Shown one piece after another: positions 9,329-19,051 of a stretch of DNA of 64,000 nucleotides (position 1 is the stretch's first letter; each line of letters opens with the position of its first letter). Both the position numbers and the translations under genes were made by a program. This DNA comes from a virus (taxonomy: Duplodnaviria; Caudoviricetes): positions 3,776 to 67,775 of IMG/VR virus record IMGVR_UViG_3300017912_002502, one strand, 5' to 3'. Below the pieces are notes generated by a model, which was not told where the DNA came from, did no database searches, and saw only the letters and a list, made by a program, of their open reading frames with translations.

Positions 9329-10088
9329 TATAAAAAATGCGACAGAGTCAACCGCTGAACTCGTCGCTGAAGCAGTATTAGAAAACTTAATTGTTGTAAT
9401 AAGAAATCAAGACCTCACTCCAGAGGATGAAGTTCGATTCTGTAAAATGATAGGTGAAGTTGAAGACTATCATGCACTCGAACACGTTAAAGAATTTACA
9501 AAACCAATAGCAGTAAATCAAAATGTTCTCCGCGTAACAGGAGAAAAAGATGAAGAAGGCAGAGAAGGTTTATTTGGTCATGTATCAGAATTAGACTGGC
9601 ATGCAAACCAAGTATCTCGCCACGACAGATATCCTCTTATATGGTTATATGCTGTCAAAGGTAGCGAAGGCTCTCAAACCAGTTGGTTAAATATGGCTAA
9701 AGTTTGGGAAGCATTAAGTGAAGAACAAAAAGAGATCGCAAAGACAAAACAGATCTGGTGTGGTTATGAAAAAGGTCGCGTAAGTGAAAGTGAATATTTC
9801 ATAGACCACGTTGGTGAAAAACCACACAACATCTATCATAAGAATGTTGCAGGTGTTGAAGGTTTGTTCTTCCCATTTTTACAAATATTCAATGAGGAAT
9901 GGGATCCATTTTTTGATGAGTTAAAAGAGATTGCACTCGATCCTTATTTTCAGTATCATCACTTCTGGAAAGATGGTGATATCGTGATCAGTGAACAATG
10001 GCTCTCATTACATAAACGCTGGGAGTTTGAGCATATGGATAAAAGATTACTGCATAGGATTGCATTTGATTATAGGAATGTAGTATGA
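9309..10088 (+). CDS. TauD/TfdA-family 2OG-Fe(II) dioxygenase
   Basis: LDWHAN, T-x-W-x-N, WKDGDIVISEQ...LHKR and RLLHR motifs. Confidence 0.8.
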   Translation: MLNLEVDIKNATESTAELVAEAVLENLIVVIRNQDLTPEDEVRFCKMIGEVEDYHALEHVKEFTKPIAVNQNVLRVTGEKDEEGREGLFGHVSELDWHANQVSRHDRYPLIWLYAVKGSEGSQTSWLNMAKVWEALSEEQKEIAKTKQIWCGYEKGRVSESEYFIDHVGEKPHNIYHKNVAGVEGLFFPFLQIFNEEWDPFFDELKEIALDPYFQYHHFWKDGDIVISEQWLSLHKRWEFEHMDKRLLHRIAFDYRNVV

Positions 10089-10324
10089 GAAAATATATAA
10101 TCTTACCATTTTTATCTTGGTTTATCTCTGTGATGTGGGCTGCAGTAACTGGTATGACTCTTAAACACAATAGCGTATTCTGGGAATTCTTAATTGTGTT
10201 TGGCGTATTGGGTGTTGCATATATACTCTCAGATCTTTACAAGTACTGGGTAAATAGTCTAGATAGATCTTTTATCTGGGACAAACAGAAAACAGTTAAA
10301 TATACAGAAGGAGACAACACATGA
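10085..10324 (+). CDS. Small two-TM membrane protein
   Basis: Two hydrophobic segments in a 79-aa ORF. Confidence 0.55.
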   Translation: MRKYIILPFLSWFISVMWAAVTGMTLKHNSVFWEFLIVFGVLGVAYILSDLYKYWVNSLDRSFIWDKQKTVKYTEGDNT

Positions 10325-10401
10325 ATAGAGACAATGTTGGTCTAATCGCATTCTGGACAATATTCTTTGGAATTGTTTGTATTTCATTATGGAATGGCTA
10401 G
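10321..10401 (+). CDS. 26-aa hydrophobic peptide (not in ORF track)
   Basis: GGAG SD and ATGA overlap; translates MNRDNVGLIAFWTIFFGIVCISLWNG. Confidence 0.4.
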   Translation: MNRDNVGLIAFWTIFFGIVCISLWNG

Positions 10402-10529
10402 TCTTATTATTGGTAGCGGTCATCTATGCTGCAGTATGGGCAGACAGTGAACGCACAAAGAAACACGAGTATGGCGATCGATCTAAGCATCGCCTTCACT
10501 CGCAAGACCATGAGGATCTACAACTGTGA
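10389..10529 (+). CDS. 46-aa single-TM protein (not in ORF track)
   Basis: Translates MEWLVLLLVAVIYAAVWADSERTKKHEY...; fills the gap and overlaps the next start. Confidence 0.45.
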   Translation: MEWLVLLLVAVIYAAVWADSERTKKHEYGDRSKHRLHSQDHEDLQL

Positions 10530-11329
10530 TGAAAGTTAATCTGATCAATGATTGGGTTGTTGAAATCAGTGATGTGTGGTTGCCAGATCTATCTCCTGCA
10601 GAATGTAGGATGATAGGTAAATTAGTTTTGACAAACCTTGTAGTGGTTGTCAAGAATCAAATGATGTCTCCTGAGGCACAAATAGATTTTTGTAATCATT
10701 TAGGTAAGGTCGAAAGATACTATTCATCACAGAGAAAGATTGAAATATCAAAAGACTTATCAGTCGGTGATGGCGTGGCTCGTATCACTGGTGCAAAAAA
10801 TGAACGCGGTGCAAGAGGTATGTTCCCAGATAAGCACGAACTTATTTGGCATGCAGATGGTTGCGAGAAACCAAATCGAAACTCTATTGTTTGGTTACAT
10901 GCAATTGAAGGTAGTATAGGAAGTAAGACAAGTTGGAACAACACCGCACTCGCTTACAGAGATATGCCAGAGGATATCAAAGCCAAAGTTCGTGAGATGA
11001 AAATTTACACAAAGACTCCTGAAAATTTCCCATTGTATATCAAAAGATCGAGAAAACCATTTGATGTATTCATGAAAAATGATGCAGGTGTCGAGGGATT
11101 ATATTATCCTCATAACTTTGTTGATGAAATTATCGGTGAAGATATCCACGATTATTTGGTTGACTTTTTGTTTCAACCCAAGTATATTTACGACCATGAA
11201 TGGACAGATGGTGATATTGTGATTAGTGAACAATGGCTCACAACACATATGAGACACTACTGTGAAACAATCGAAACTCGAGTGCTCAATCGTATTGGGC
11301 TCAAACACGACAAGGTGCTAAATGCTTGA
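10526..11329 (+). CDS. Second TauD/TfdA-family 2OG-Fe(II) dioxygenase
   Basis: LIWHADG (HxD), TSWNN, WTDGDIVISEQWLTTHMR; paralog of 9309..10088. Confidence 0.82.
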   Translation: MMKVNLINDWVVEISDVWLPDLSPAECRMIGKLVLTNLVVVVKNQMMSPEAQIDFCNHLGKVERYYSSQRKIEISKDLSVGDGVARITGAKNERGARGMFPDKHELIWHADGCEKPNRNSIVWLHAIEGSIGSKTSWNNTALAYRDMPEDIKAKVREMKIYTKTPENFPLYIKRSRKPFDVFMKNDAGVEGLYYPHNFVDEIIGEDIHDYLVDFLFQPKYIYDHEWTDGDIVISEQWLTTHMRHYCETIETRVLNRIGLKHDKVLNA

Positions 11330-11762
11330 AGGAATGGGAGACCCAGTTGTAAAGGTCGATGAAGAAGAATTTAAAGTAAAGAAGAAGGCAATCAGTCCTT
11401 TTGATTTTGTCAATGCAATCCATCATACTAAAGCTGATATGATTGTAGATGACTGGTCTGAAAAACAATACAATCCATATATCGTAAACAAAGCATTAAG
11501 TTATGGCGCAGATACAGTCATCGCTGCAAATGAGATGAACAGTAGACCACATATTGAAAAGAGACCACAGTTTGATTTTCTCAAAGCAGTTGTCCGTCCA
11601 AAGAAAAGATTTAACAAGTGGTTGAAGCCAGTAAAAGAAGAAGATCTAGAAGTTGTGAAAGAATGGTATGGCTACAATAATACTCTTGCAGCATCTGCTC
11701 TCAGGATATTGACTCCTGATCAGCTTGAAATAATTAAGAAGAAATTAGAAAGGGGTGGTTGA
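11322..11762 (+). CDS. gp62: Clamp loader small subunit gp62
   Basis: SPFDFVNAI, YNPYIVNKALSY and KKRFNKW motifs. Confidence 0.9.
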   Translation: MLEGMGDPVVKVDEEEFKVKKKAISPFDFVNAIHHTKADMIVDDWSEKQYNPYIVNKALSYGADTVIAANEMNSRPHIEKRPQFDFLKAVVRPKKRFNKWLKPVKEEDLEVVKEWYGYNNTLAASALRILTPDQLEIIKKKLERGG

Positions 11763-12461
11763 TAACCAACCATTGCTCTGGAATCTTTTTAGAGTATCTT
11801 GATATTTTCCAAGAAACATAATTTGTACTGATACACTTTTACCATTATAGTGTTCGTTGGTTTGTTCAAAAAAATCACCAGCACTATGCAATTTTGACAT
11901 ATTAATCAGACAAGGAGATCTTAAGACTTTATAATCTACTTGATACGCAATATCATTTCTATCATAGCTGTTGTGAAAGTTTGTTGGTCTATAAAATGCA
12001 TAGTCAGGATATATGGGTAAGTTTAAATTAGATTGTGGTCCAATTTTTGGATCGTGATGTATTGGCAATTGACCTTTATCATTATATGATATCATCAATC
12101 TCCAACCACTACCACCATATCGTTTAGCAATATTCCATATGATGTTTGAGTTTGATTCGCCGAAAAGTTTAGTTACAATTGGTTCATTAATCCCAAGAAA
12201 GTCTGGATTACTTTTTCCAACCCATTTTGGAATATTATTTTTTGTATATTCTCCATTATCTTTTGGTAAATTGTTTTTTTCTCTCCAGTTGTCAATTACT
12301 TTCTGAATGTTGTGTAGAGATGTATAATCAGATTTTTGTTCTATAACATCTTTTTGATTACTTTCAGACATAACTGTACGTGCTAATTCATTTAATTGCC
12401 TTCTTTCTTCGGGAGAAATTAAATCTTTACACGGATAGTAGTGTTGATGCTTTGCTGACAT
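11745..12461 (-). CDS. Putative 2OG-Fe(II) oxygenase-like (DSBH) protein on the minus strand
   Basis: LPIHHD (HxD), SNLNLPI and INMSKLHS distal His; 238-aa ORF with its own late box. Confidence 0.55.
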   Translation of the reverse strand: MSAKHQHYYPCKDLISPEERRQLNELARTVMSESNQKDVIEQKSDYTSLHNIQKVIDNWREKNNLPKDNGEYTKNNIPKWVGKSNPDFLGINEPIVTKLFGESNSNIIWNIAKRYGGSGWRLMISYNDKGQLPIHHDPKIGPQSNLNLPIYPDYAFYRPTNFHNSYDRNDIAYQVDYKVLRSPCLINMSKLHSAGDFFEQTNEHYNGKSVSVQIMFLGKYQDTLKRFQSNGWLSTTPF

Positions 12462-12466
12462 ACTGA

Positions 12467-12478
12467 TATTTATAAATA
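12467..12478. promoter_or_regulatory. Palindromic bidirectional T4 late promoter
   Basis: TATTTATAAATA is a perfect palindrome giving TATAAATA on both strands between divergent genes. Confidence 0.7.
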
Positions 12479-12519
12479 AATCCAGAATAGTCCAAAAACA
12501 ATACTAAAAAGGATTTATA

Positions 12520-12933
12520 ATGAGTGAAGATTTCTTCCAGATAGATTACTCTGGATATGCTCCGCTTGAAATCGAACTAAACAATGCAGATGACTTTCTT
12601 AAAATTAGAGAAACCTTATCGCGTATTGGCGTAGCATCCAGAAAAGAAAAAGTTTTATACCAGTCTTGTCACATATTGCACAAGAAGGGTAGATATTTCA
12701 TCACACACTTCAAAGAGTTATTTGCGCTTGATGGCAAGGCAGCTGACTTTGGTGAAGGTGATATAGAGAGACGTAATACGATCGCTAAATTACTTTCAGA
12801 TTGGGGACTGATGAAAATAGTTTCTGAGGAGAAGCATGCAAATCAAGCACCTTTATCTCAGATTAAAGTTCTCTCGTTCAAAGAAAAGGGCGATTGGGAA
12901 CTGATAACGAAATATAATATCGGCAAAAAATAA
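12520..12933 (+). CDS. regA: Translational repressor RegA
   Basis: DDFLKIRETLSRIG, LYQSCHILHK and YFITHFKELFALDGK. Confidence 0.96.
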   Translation: MSEDFFQIDYSGYAPLEIELNNADDFLKIRETLSRIGVASRKEKVLYQSCHILHKKGRYFITHFKELFALDGKAADFGEGDIERRNTIAKLLSDWGLMKIVSEEKHANQAPLSQIKVLSFKEKGDWELITKYNIGKK

Positions 12934-12975
12934 CAAAAAATACTTGAAATTTTTTGATTAGTTCTTATATATAGA

Positions 12976-13026
12976 GTGTACGCCGAAAAAGGGTACACAT
13001 TTTACTAACTCGCTTAATTAAGGAGG
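12976..13026 (+). promoter_or_regulatory. Structured 5' leader of hsp20 (hairpin, ACTCGC, SD)
   Basis: GTGTAC/GTACAC stem with GAAAAA loop, then ACTCGCTT...AAGGAGG. Confidence 0.5.
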
Positions 13027-13033
13027 AAACAAT

Positions 13034-13492
13034 ATGGTAGTTCGTAAATTTAAAGCAACAGACCTGCATGATCTTGCAAGTCAAATCTCACCGTTCACAA
13101 TAGGGTTTGATCGAGTATTCGATAATCTAAACTCTGTCGCTGAACTTTCTAATAATTACCCACCTTACAACATCGTGGATGTCGGTGAAGGCAAGTACGT
13201 CATTGAATTTGCTGCAGCTGGTTTCAAGGAAGATGAACTGACGGTAACGCAAGTTCCTGAAGGAAACAAACTTGTTGTGCAAGGTGTGCAGAGTAAAGAA
13301 GATGAGCGCAAGTATGTCCATCAGGGAATTGCAGCCAGAAACTTTACTAAGACTTTTGCATTGAACCAAGATGTTCAGGTAACTGGAGCAGCACTCGTAG
13401 ATGGTGTGTTGAATATCCAGCTTGAACATATTGTTCCAGATGAAAGAAAGCCAAAAGAAATTAAAATTGGCAAAACCTTTCTGCAAGAGTAG
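13034..13492 (+). CDS. hsp20: Small heat-shock protein Hsp20
   Basis: NYPPYNI, HQGIAARNF and DGVLNI alpha-crystallin motifs. Confidence 0.95.
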   Translation: MVVRKFKATDLHDLASQISPFTIGFDRVFDNLNSVAELSNNYPPYNIVDVGEGKYVIEFAAAGFKEDELTVTQVPEGNKLVVQGVQSKEDERKYVHQGIAARNFTKTFALNQDVQVTGAALVDGVLNIQLEHIVPDERKPKEIKIGKTFLQE

Positions 13493-13502
13493 ATAAATAA
13501 TC

Positions 13503-13524
13503 GGGAGGGCAATAAAGCCCTCCC
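13503..13524 (+). terminator. GC-rich hairpin after hsp20
   Basis: GGGAGGGC-AATAAA-GCCCTCCC perfect 8-bp stem; the U-tract is weak. Confidence 0.55.
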
Positions 13525-13543
13525 AACTTTATAGGAATATATT

Positions 13544-13876
13544 ATGGCAGACAAAGTCGCACCCAAACAAGTCCAAATCTTAAAATTATCTTCAGGCGAA
13601 GAAATAATCGGTCAAGTTACCGACCTCGTTGTTGAAGAAAGACAAATCATCGTTATGGAAAAACCTGCTGTTATTGTTTTACAACCAACAGAAAATGGCG
13701 GTAAATTCAGTATTGGTCTTGCACCATATGCACCATACGCAGTAGATAATACAATTCATCTTATGCCTAACCATGTGATTGGTGTCATGCAACCGACTCA
13801 GCAACTCCTCGATGAATACAATACTCACTACGGATCGAGTCTGATCACACCAAAGAAAAAAGAAATAATCACATAA
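13544..13876 (+). CDS. Conserved T4-like hypothetical protein, Sm/LSm-like fold
   Basis: ILKLSSGEEIIG N-terminus; usual position between hsp20 and gp43. Confidence 0.6.
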   Translation: MADKVAPKQVQILKLSSGEEIIGQVTDLVVEERQIIVMEKPAVIVLQPTENGGKFSIGLAPYAPYAVDNTIHLMPNHVIGVMQPTQQLLDEYNTHYGSSLITPKKKEIIT

Positions 13877-13882
13877 TCGTCC

Positions 13883-13911
13883 TTGACATTTTTGTCTAAA
13901 TGAGGCATAAT
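13883..13911 (+). promoter_or_regulatory. sigma70-like promoter of gp43
   Basis: TTGACA-17-CATAAT with TGAGG upstream of the -10; ATG follows 6 nt later. Confidence 0.7.
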
Positions 13912-13917
13912 GGACTC

Positions 13918-16434
13918 ATGTCTGAATTCTATACATATTGCTGGCAGTATGGCAAAAACGTACTGACCAGAGGGTATCGCGATGGTAAACCCTTTACTGA
14001 ACGAGACCCAAAATTCAAACCGAAACTGTATGTCCGCTCAAACGAAGAATCAGATATCAAAGGTTTGTATGGTGAGCAGTTAAAAGAAATCGAGTTTGGC
14101 GACGCTGCCGACTGTCGAGAGTTTCTAGAAAAGTATAAAGGGATTGAGAATTATCCCATATACGGTCAAACAGATCTCACCTATCAGTATCTCTCTGAAA
14201 AATATCCAGACGATATTCCTTTTGATATGTCTGTGATGAACATACAATCTCTTGATATTGAAACCACTATTGAAAATGGTTTCCCAGATCCAGATAATCC
14301 CACTGAAAAGATTACACTGATCACAGTTGTAAATAATAACACCAAAGAAATATTGACATGGGGTGAAGGTGACTGGACTCCTGAGAGTCCTGAGATTGAT
14401 GGCTTAAATGTCACATATACTTCTTGTCAAGATGAAAAAGAACTATTGTCCAAGTTTGGTGACTGGTGGGTAAAAAATACTCCTGATATTGTCACTGGTT
14501 GGAACATCGAGTTTTTCGATATTCCCTATCTGATGAATCGTTTTGCAAGAGTATTTGGTAAGAACGATGAATTCAAAGAAAACAAAGTAAGAAACTCATT
14601 CAGCCCATTCGATATGACTCGTAAGAAAGTTGTAACGATGATGGGTAAAGCACATACTCTATATGAAATCAAGGGTGTGGCTCAACTCGATTATCTCGAC
14701 CTCTACAAAAAATTTACATACACAGTTAGAGAATCTTACAAACTAGATTACATTGCTGAGGTTGAACTTGGTTACAAAAAACTAGAAAACAATCACGAAA
14801 CATTCAAAGAGTTTTATGAAAAAGACTGGAACAGATTTGTAGATTATAATATCATCGATAGTAAATTGGTTGATGACCTTGAAGACAAGATGAAACTTAT
14901 CGAGTTGATTGCCACTATGGCATACGATGCAAAGTGTAATCTAACTGACATATATTCTTCAGTTCGTACTTGGGATTGTCTTTTGTATAATCACCTGCTA
15001 AAGAAAAACATTATGATACCACAGAAGCGTGAGAACGAAGGTCGTATTATTGAAGGTGCATATGTTCAGCAACCAGAGATTGGTGATTACAATTGGGTGT
15101 TGAGTTTCGATGCGACTTCTCTGTATCCTTCAATTATTATGCAGTACAATATGTCTCCTGAGACTTTGATGGCTGAACAACCGATTGATACATCAGTTGA
15201 TCAGTTGTTGGACAGGAAAACAAAAATTGATACTGACCTTGCCGTCGCTGCAAATGGTGTAAAATTTTCTCGTGACAAACAGGGTGTGTTCCCAGAGATT
15301 ACACAAAAGTTTTTTGATGACCGACAAAAATACAAAAAGCTGATGAAAGAAGCTGAACGCGAGTATGAAAAGACAAAAGATCCTAAACTCAAAGCAAAGA
15401 TTGCAAAGTATAATAACTTCCAGATGGCTAGAAAAATTCAGCTAAACAGTCTTTATGGTGCACTCGCTAATCAGTATTTCAGATATTATGATGACAGGAT
15501 TGGTGAAGGTATTACATTGACTGGTCAGTTTATTATCAGAGAAGCAGCGAAAGCACTGGATGAATATCTAAACAAAGTTTGTAATACTGAAGGTGAGGTA
15601 TATTCTTTCTATTCAGATACAGATTCTTGTTATATAACTCTTGACAATTTGGTCAAAAAGTATTATAATGACCAGAGTAAAGAGAAGATTGTAAATCTTC
15701 TCGATAAAATTGGTGAAGAAAAAATCGAACCTGCAATCGCAAAAGCGATGAGTGGTTTGGCAAAGTATACAAATGCCTTTGATGAAAAGATTTTCTTCAA
15801 GCGTGAAGCGATTGCGGATCGAGGTATTTGGGTTGCCAAGAAGCGATATGCTCTCAACGTCTGGGACAACGAGGGTGTTCGTTATGAAGAACCAAAACTA
15901 AAAGTTATGGGTCTTGAGATTGTAAGGTCATCGACTCCTGCTCCAGTTAGAGATAGTTTGAAAGAAGCAGTAAGAATTTGTTTATTGGAAGATGAAAAAG
16001 CGTTGCAAGATTTTGTCAATAAAACCAAAGAAGATTTTTGTCGTAGACCAGTACAAGAGATTGCTTTTCCTAGAGGTTGTAACAATCTTGAAAAGTATGC
16101 TTCTTCTTCTGACATTTATCAGAAGGGTACACCAATTCAGGTAAGAGGTGCATTGTTGTATAATAATGAATTGAAGAAACACAGACTCGGTATGAAATAT
16201 CCTAAGATACAAGAGGGTGATAAAATCAAGTTTGTGTACCTTAAAGAACCTAATACACTTGGTGAGAATACGATTGCATTCTCTACTAAGATTCCGCGTG
16301 AATTCGATCTCGATCGATTTATTGATTATGAATTGATGTTTGAGAAAGCATTTATTGAACCGCTAAATACTGTGGCAGATACTATTGGTTGGAAATCAAA
16401 ACCAGTTGCATCGCTAGAAGATTTATTTGCATAA
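13918..16434 (+). CDS. gp43: Family B DNA polymerase gp43
   Basis: ExoI DIETT, SFDATSLYPS, K..LNSLYG and YSDTDS; start moved to 13918 because the track start lies inside the promoter. Confidence 0.97.
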   Translation: MSEFYTYCWQYGKNVLTRGYRDGKPFTERDPKFKPKLYVRSNEESDIKGLYGEQLKEIEFGDAADCREFLEKYKGIENYPIYGQTDLTYQYLSEKYPDDIPFDMSVMNIQSLDIETTIENGFPDPDNPTEKITLITVVNNNTKEILTWGEGDWTPESPEIDGLNVTYTSCQDEKELLSKFGDWWVKNTPDIVTGWNIEFFDIPYLMNRFARVFGKNDEFKENKVRNSFSPFDMTRKKVVTMMGKAHTLYEIKGVAQLDYLDLYKKFTYTVRESYKLDYIAEVELGYKKLENNHETFKEFYEKDWNRFVDYNIIDSKLVDDLEDKMKLIELIATMAYDAKCNLTDIYSSVRTWDCLLYNHLLKKNIMIPQKRENEGRIIEGAYVQQPEIGDYNWVLSFDATSLYPSIIMQYNMSPETLMAEQPIDTSVDQLLDRKTKIDTDLAVAANGVKFSRDKQGVFPEITQKFFDDRQKYKKLMKEAEREYEKTKDPKLKAKIAKYNNFQMARKIQLNSLYGALANQYFRYYDDRIGEGITLTGQFIIREAAKALDEYLNKVCNTEGEVYSFYSDTDSCYITLDNLVKKYYNDQSKEKIVNLLDKIGEEKIEPAIAKAMSGLAKYTNAFDEKIFFKREAIADRGIWVAKKRYALNVWDNEGVRYEEPKLKVMGLEIVRSSTPAPVRDSLKEAVRICLLEDEKALQDFVNKTKEDFCRRPVQEIAFPRGCNNLEKYASSSDIYQKGTPIQVRGALLYNNELKKHRLGMKYPKIQEGDKIKFVYLKEPNTLGENTIAFSTKIPREFDLDRFIDYELMFEKAFIEPLNTVADTIGWKSKPVASLEDLFA

Positions 16435-16455
16435 TATGAAAGAGGTAATATAATT

Positions 16456-17520
16456 ATGAGTTTAATTGAAAAACTAAAAAAGAATTCGACTATCAAAGAG
16501 TCGAATATTCTTTCCAAATCTAAGTTCTTCAATACAAAGGATCTGATACAAACATCAGTTCCTGCATTGAATGTAGCACTTAGTGGTCGCCTTGATGGTG
16601 GTCTCACTCCAGGATTGACAGTGTTCGCTGGACCAAGTAAACACTTCAAGACTGCATTTGCGATGCTTATGATCAAAGCATATCTGGGTAAGTATGACGA
16701 TGCCGTTGTATTGTTTTACGATTCAGAGTTTGGTGCACCGCAAGGGTATTTTGATTCTTTCGGTATTGATACTGATAGAGTTGTGCATACTCCAATAACT
16801 GATATTGAGCAGTTGAAACACGATGTAATGTCTCAGCTGAATGGTATTGAAAGAGGTGATCGAGTAATTGTTGTGGTAGATTCTGTCGGTAACTTAGCAT
16901 CTAAAAAAGAAGTTGAGGATGCACTCGATGGTAAATCAGTCGCGGATATGACGAGAGCAAAACAAATGAAGTCATTGTTCCGTATGATTACACCACATCT
17001 TACAATCAAAGATATTCCTGCCATTGTGGTAAATCATACTTACAAAGAGATTGGTATGTTCCCGAAAGATATCGTTTCTGGTGGTACTGGTATCTATTAC
17101 TCTGCTGATAATATTTTCATCATTGGTAGACAACAAGAAAAAGATGGTAAGGATGTAACTGGTTATAATTTTATAATCAATGTCGAGAAGTCAAGATTTG
17201 TACGCGAAAAATCTAGGATTCCAATTGAAGTATCATTTGAAGGTGGTATCAGTAAATGGTCTGGTCTGCTTGATATGGCTATGGAGTCTGGTCACGTGGT
17301 CAAACCTAAAGTCGGATGGTATATGAAGTCTAATGATAAAGAAGGTAAGAATTACAGAGCCAAAGATACTTACAACAAAGAGTTTTGGCTTCCTATCCTA
17401 GCAGATAAAACATTCACTGATTGGATTGAGAAAAGATATTTGATTTCTGGTAGTGAAATTATGCAAGATGAAATATCAGAAGATGATATCGCCGAAGCGT
17501 ATGACACAAGTGATGGCTGA
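16456..17520 (+). CDS. uvsX: RecA-like recombinase UvsX
   Basis: GPSKHFKT Walker A, FYDSEFG and VVDSVGNL. Confidence 0.96.
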   Translation: MSLIEKLKKNSTIKESNILSKSKFFNTKDLIQTSVPALNVALSGRLDGGLTPGLTVFAGPSKHFKTAFAMLMIKAYLGKYDDAVVLFYDSEFGAPQGYFDSFGIDTDRVVHTPITDIEQLKHDVMSQLNGIERGDRVIVVVDSVGNLASKKEVEDALDGKSVADMTRAKQMKSLFRMITPHLTIKDIPAIVVNHTYKEIGMFPKDIVSGGTGIYYSADNIFIIGRQQEKDGKDVTGYNFIINVEKSRFVREKSRIPIEVSFEGGISKWSGLLDMAMESGHVVKPKVGWYMKSNDKEGKNYRAKDTYNKEFWLPILADKTFTDWIEKRYLISGSEIMQDEISEDDIAEAYDTSDG

Positions 17521-17692
17521 ATTTCTCTTGACTTGTGACAGGTGTTCGGTTAAAATATACGATAATGATACCGCACTTGTTTTCCAAACTCCAGATGGCG
17601 AGGTTGGATTGTGTGAGAAATGTGTTGAAGAAGTAAGAAGAGAATTTATTGATGAGAATAGAGACCCAAATTTTATCGAGTCTAGTGACTAA
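17513..17692 (+). CDS. Small CxxC...CxxC zinc-binding protein
   Basis: CDRC ... CEKC; overlaps both uvsX and gp41. Confidence 0.55.
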   Translation: MAEFLLTCDRCSVKIYDNDTALVFQTPDGEVGLCEKCVEEVRREFIDENRDPNFIESSD

Positions 17693-19037
17693 TGAAGAGT
17701 ATGTCCGCAAAGTCATACCCTTCCTGAAAACTGATTACTTTACAGATTCTAGCGATCGTATTGTATTCGATAAAATTCATGCATATGTAAGTAAGTACAA
17801 CAATCCACCAACTAAGGGTGCATTGTTGATTGCTCTACAAGACGACAGAAAAATTGGTGAAGATTTATATGTTCAATGTGAAACTCTGATCAATAGTTTG
17901 AATCCAGTCGAAGCAAATCAAACTTGGTTGATAGATGAAACCGAAAAGTTTTGTAAAGACAAAGCAGTCTATAATGCTATCATGGACAGTATTCAAATCA
18001 TCGATGGCTCGGACAAAGCAAGATCCAAAGATGCATTGCCAAGTCTGCTTTCAGATGCACTCGCTGTTGGGTTTGATACTAATGTTGGTCACGATTATAT
18101 TGAAAATGCCGATGACCGTTTTGATTTCTACAATCGAGTCGAGGAAAAGATTCCTTTTGATCTCGAGTTTTTCAACAAGATTACCGATGGTGGTTTACCA
18201 AACAAAACTTTGAACATTGCCCTTGCTGGTACTGGTGTTGGTAAATCATTGTTCATGTGTCATATGAGTGCAGCTGCTTTGTCACAGGGTAAAAATGTTT
18301 TGTATATCACTCTTGAAATGGCTGAAGAACGTATCGCTGAAAGGATCGATGCGAATCTGATGAATGTGCCTATCCAAGATCTGAAAGATCTTCCCAAGAA
18401 AATGTTTGATGACCGTGTAACGAAAATTAAAAACAAGATAGATGGTAAACTTATCATCAAAGAATATCCCACTGCCTCTGCTCATGCTGGTCATTTCAAA
18501 GCATTATTACAAGAACTAAAACTTAAAAGATCTTTCAGTCCTGATATTATCTTTATTGATTATCTAAACATCTGCACATCACAAAGATTCCGTGCAGGTT
18601 CGAGTGCAAACTCTTATACTATCATCAAAAGTATTGCTGAAGAACTTCGTGGTCTCGCAGTTGAACAAGATCTTCCAATTGTATCAGCTACTCAAACAAC
18701 AAGGTCTGGTTATGGTAGCAGTGATGTTGACCTTACAGATACTTCCGAGTCGTTTGGTCTGCCAGCAACTGCTGACTTAATGTTTGCTCTGATCAGTACT
18801 GAAGAACTCGAAGCACAACAGCAGATGATGGTCAAACAATTGAAAAACAGATATTCAGATCCCACATCAAACAAAAGATTTATGGTCGGTGTTGACAGAT
18901 CTAAGATGCGTTTGTTTGATTTGGCAGATTCGGTACAAAAACAAATTACAGACAGTGGACAGGACGATGGTCCAGTTTTCGATAATTCATCATTCGGAAC
19001 TAAGTTTGCTGGTAAGTTCGAGGAATTTAAACTATAA
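17649..19037 (+). CDS. gp41: Replicative helicase gp41
   Basis: AGTGVGKS, ITLEMAEE, IDYLNI and SESFGLPATAD. Confidence 0.97.
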   Translation: MMRIETQILSSLVTNEEYVRKVIPFLKTDYFTDSSDRIVFDKIHAYVSKYNNPPTKGALLIALQDDRKIGEDLYVQCETLINSLNPVEANQTWLIDETEKFCKDKAVYNAIMDSIQIIDGSDKARSKDALPSLLSDALAVGFDTNVGHDYIENADDRFDFYNRVEEKIPFDLEFFNKITDGGLPNKTLNIALAGTGVGKSLFMCHMSAAALSQGKNVLYITLEMAEERIAERIDANLMNVPIQDLKDLPKKMFDDRVTKIKNKIDGKLIIKEYPTASAHAGHFKALLQELKLKRSFSPDIIFIDYLNICTSQRFRAGSSANSYTIIKSIAEELRGLAVEQDLPIVSATQTTRSGYGSSDVDLTDTSESFGLPATADLMFALISTEELEAQQQMMVKQLKNRYSDPTSNKRFMVGVDRSKMRLFDLADSVQKQITDSGQDDGPVFDNSSFGTKFAGKFEEFKL

Positions 19038-19040
19038 ATA
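19033..19040 (+). promoter_or_regulatory. T4 late promoter
   Basis: TATAAATA 11 nt upstream of the cytochrome c ATG. Confidence 0.7.
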
Positions 19041-19051
19041 ACATATAATAT

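Noticed and set aside
12943-12972. sigma32 heat-shock promoter for hsp20 (CTTGAAA)
   Set aside because: No CCCCAT -10 element; the downstream TATATA(TA) fits sigma70 or a late-box variant better
13918-16434. Intron or intein in gp43 (also checked for nrdA, nrdB and gp41)
   Set aside because: The ORFs are continuous, of normal length, and lack splicing or homing-endonuclease motifs
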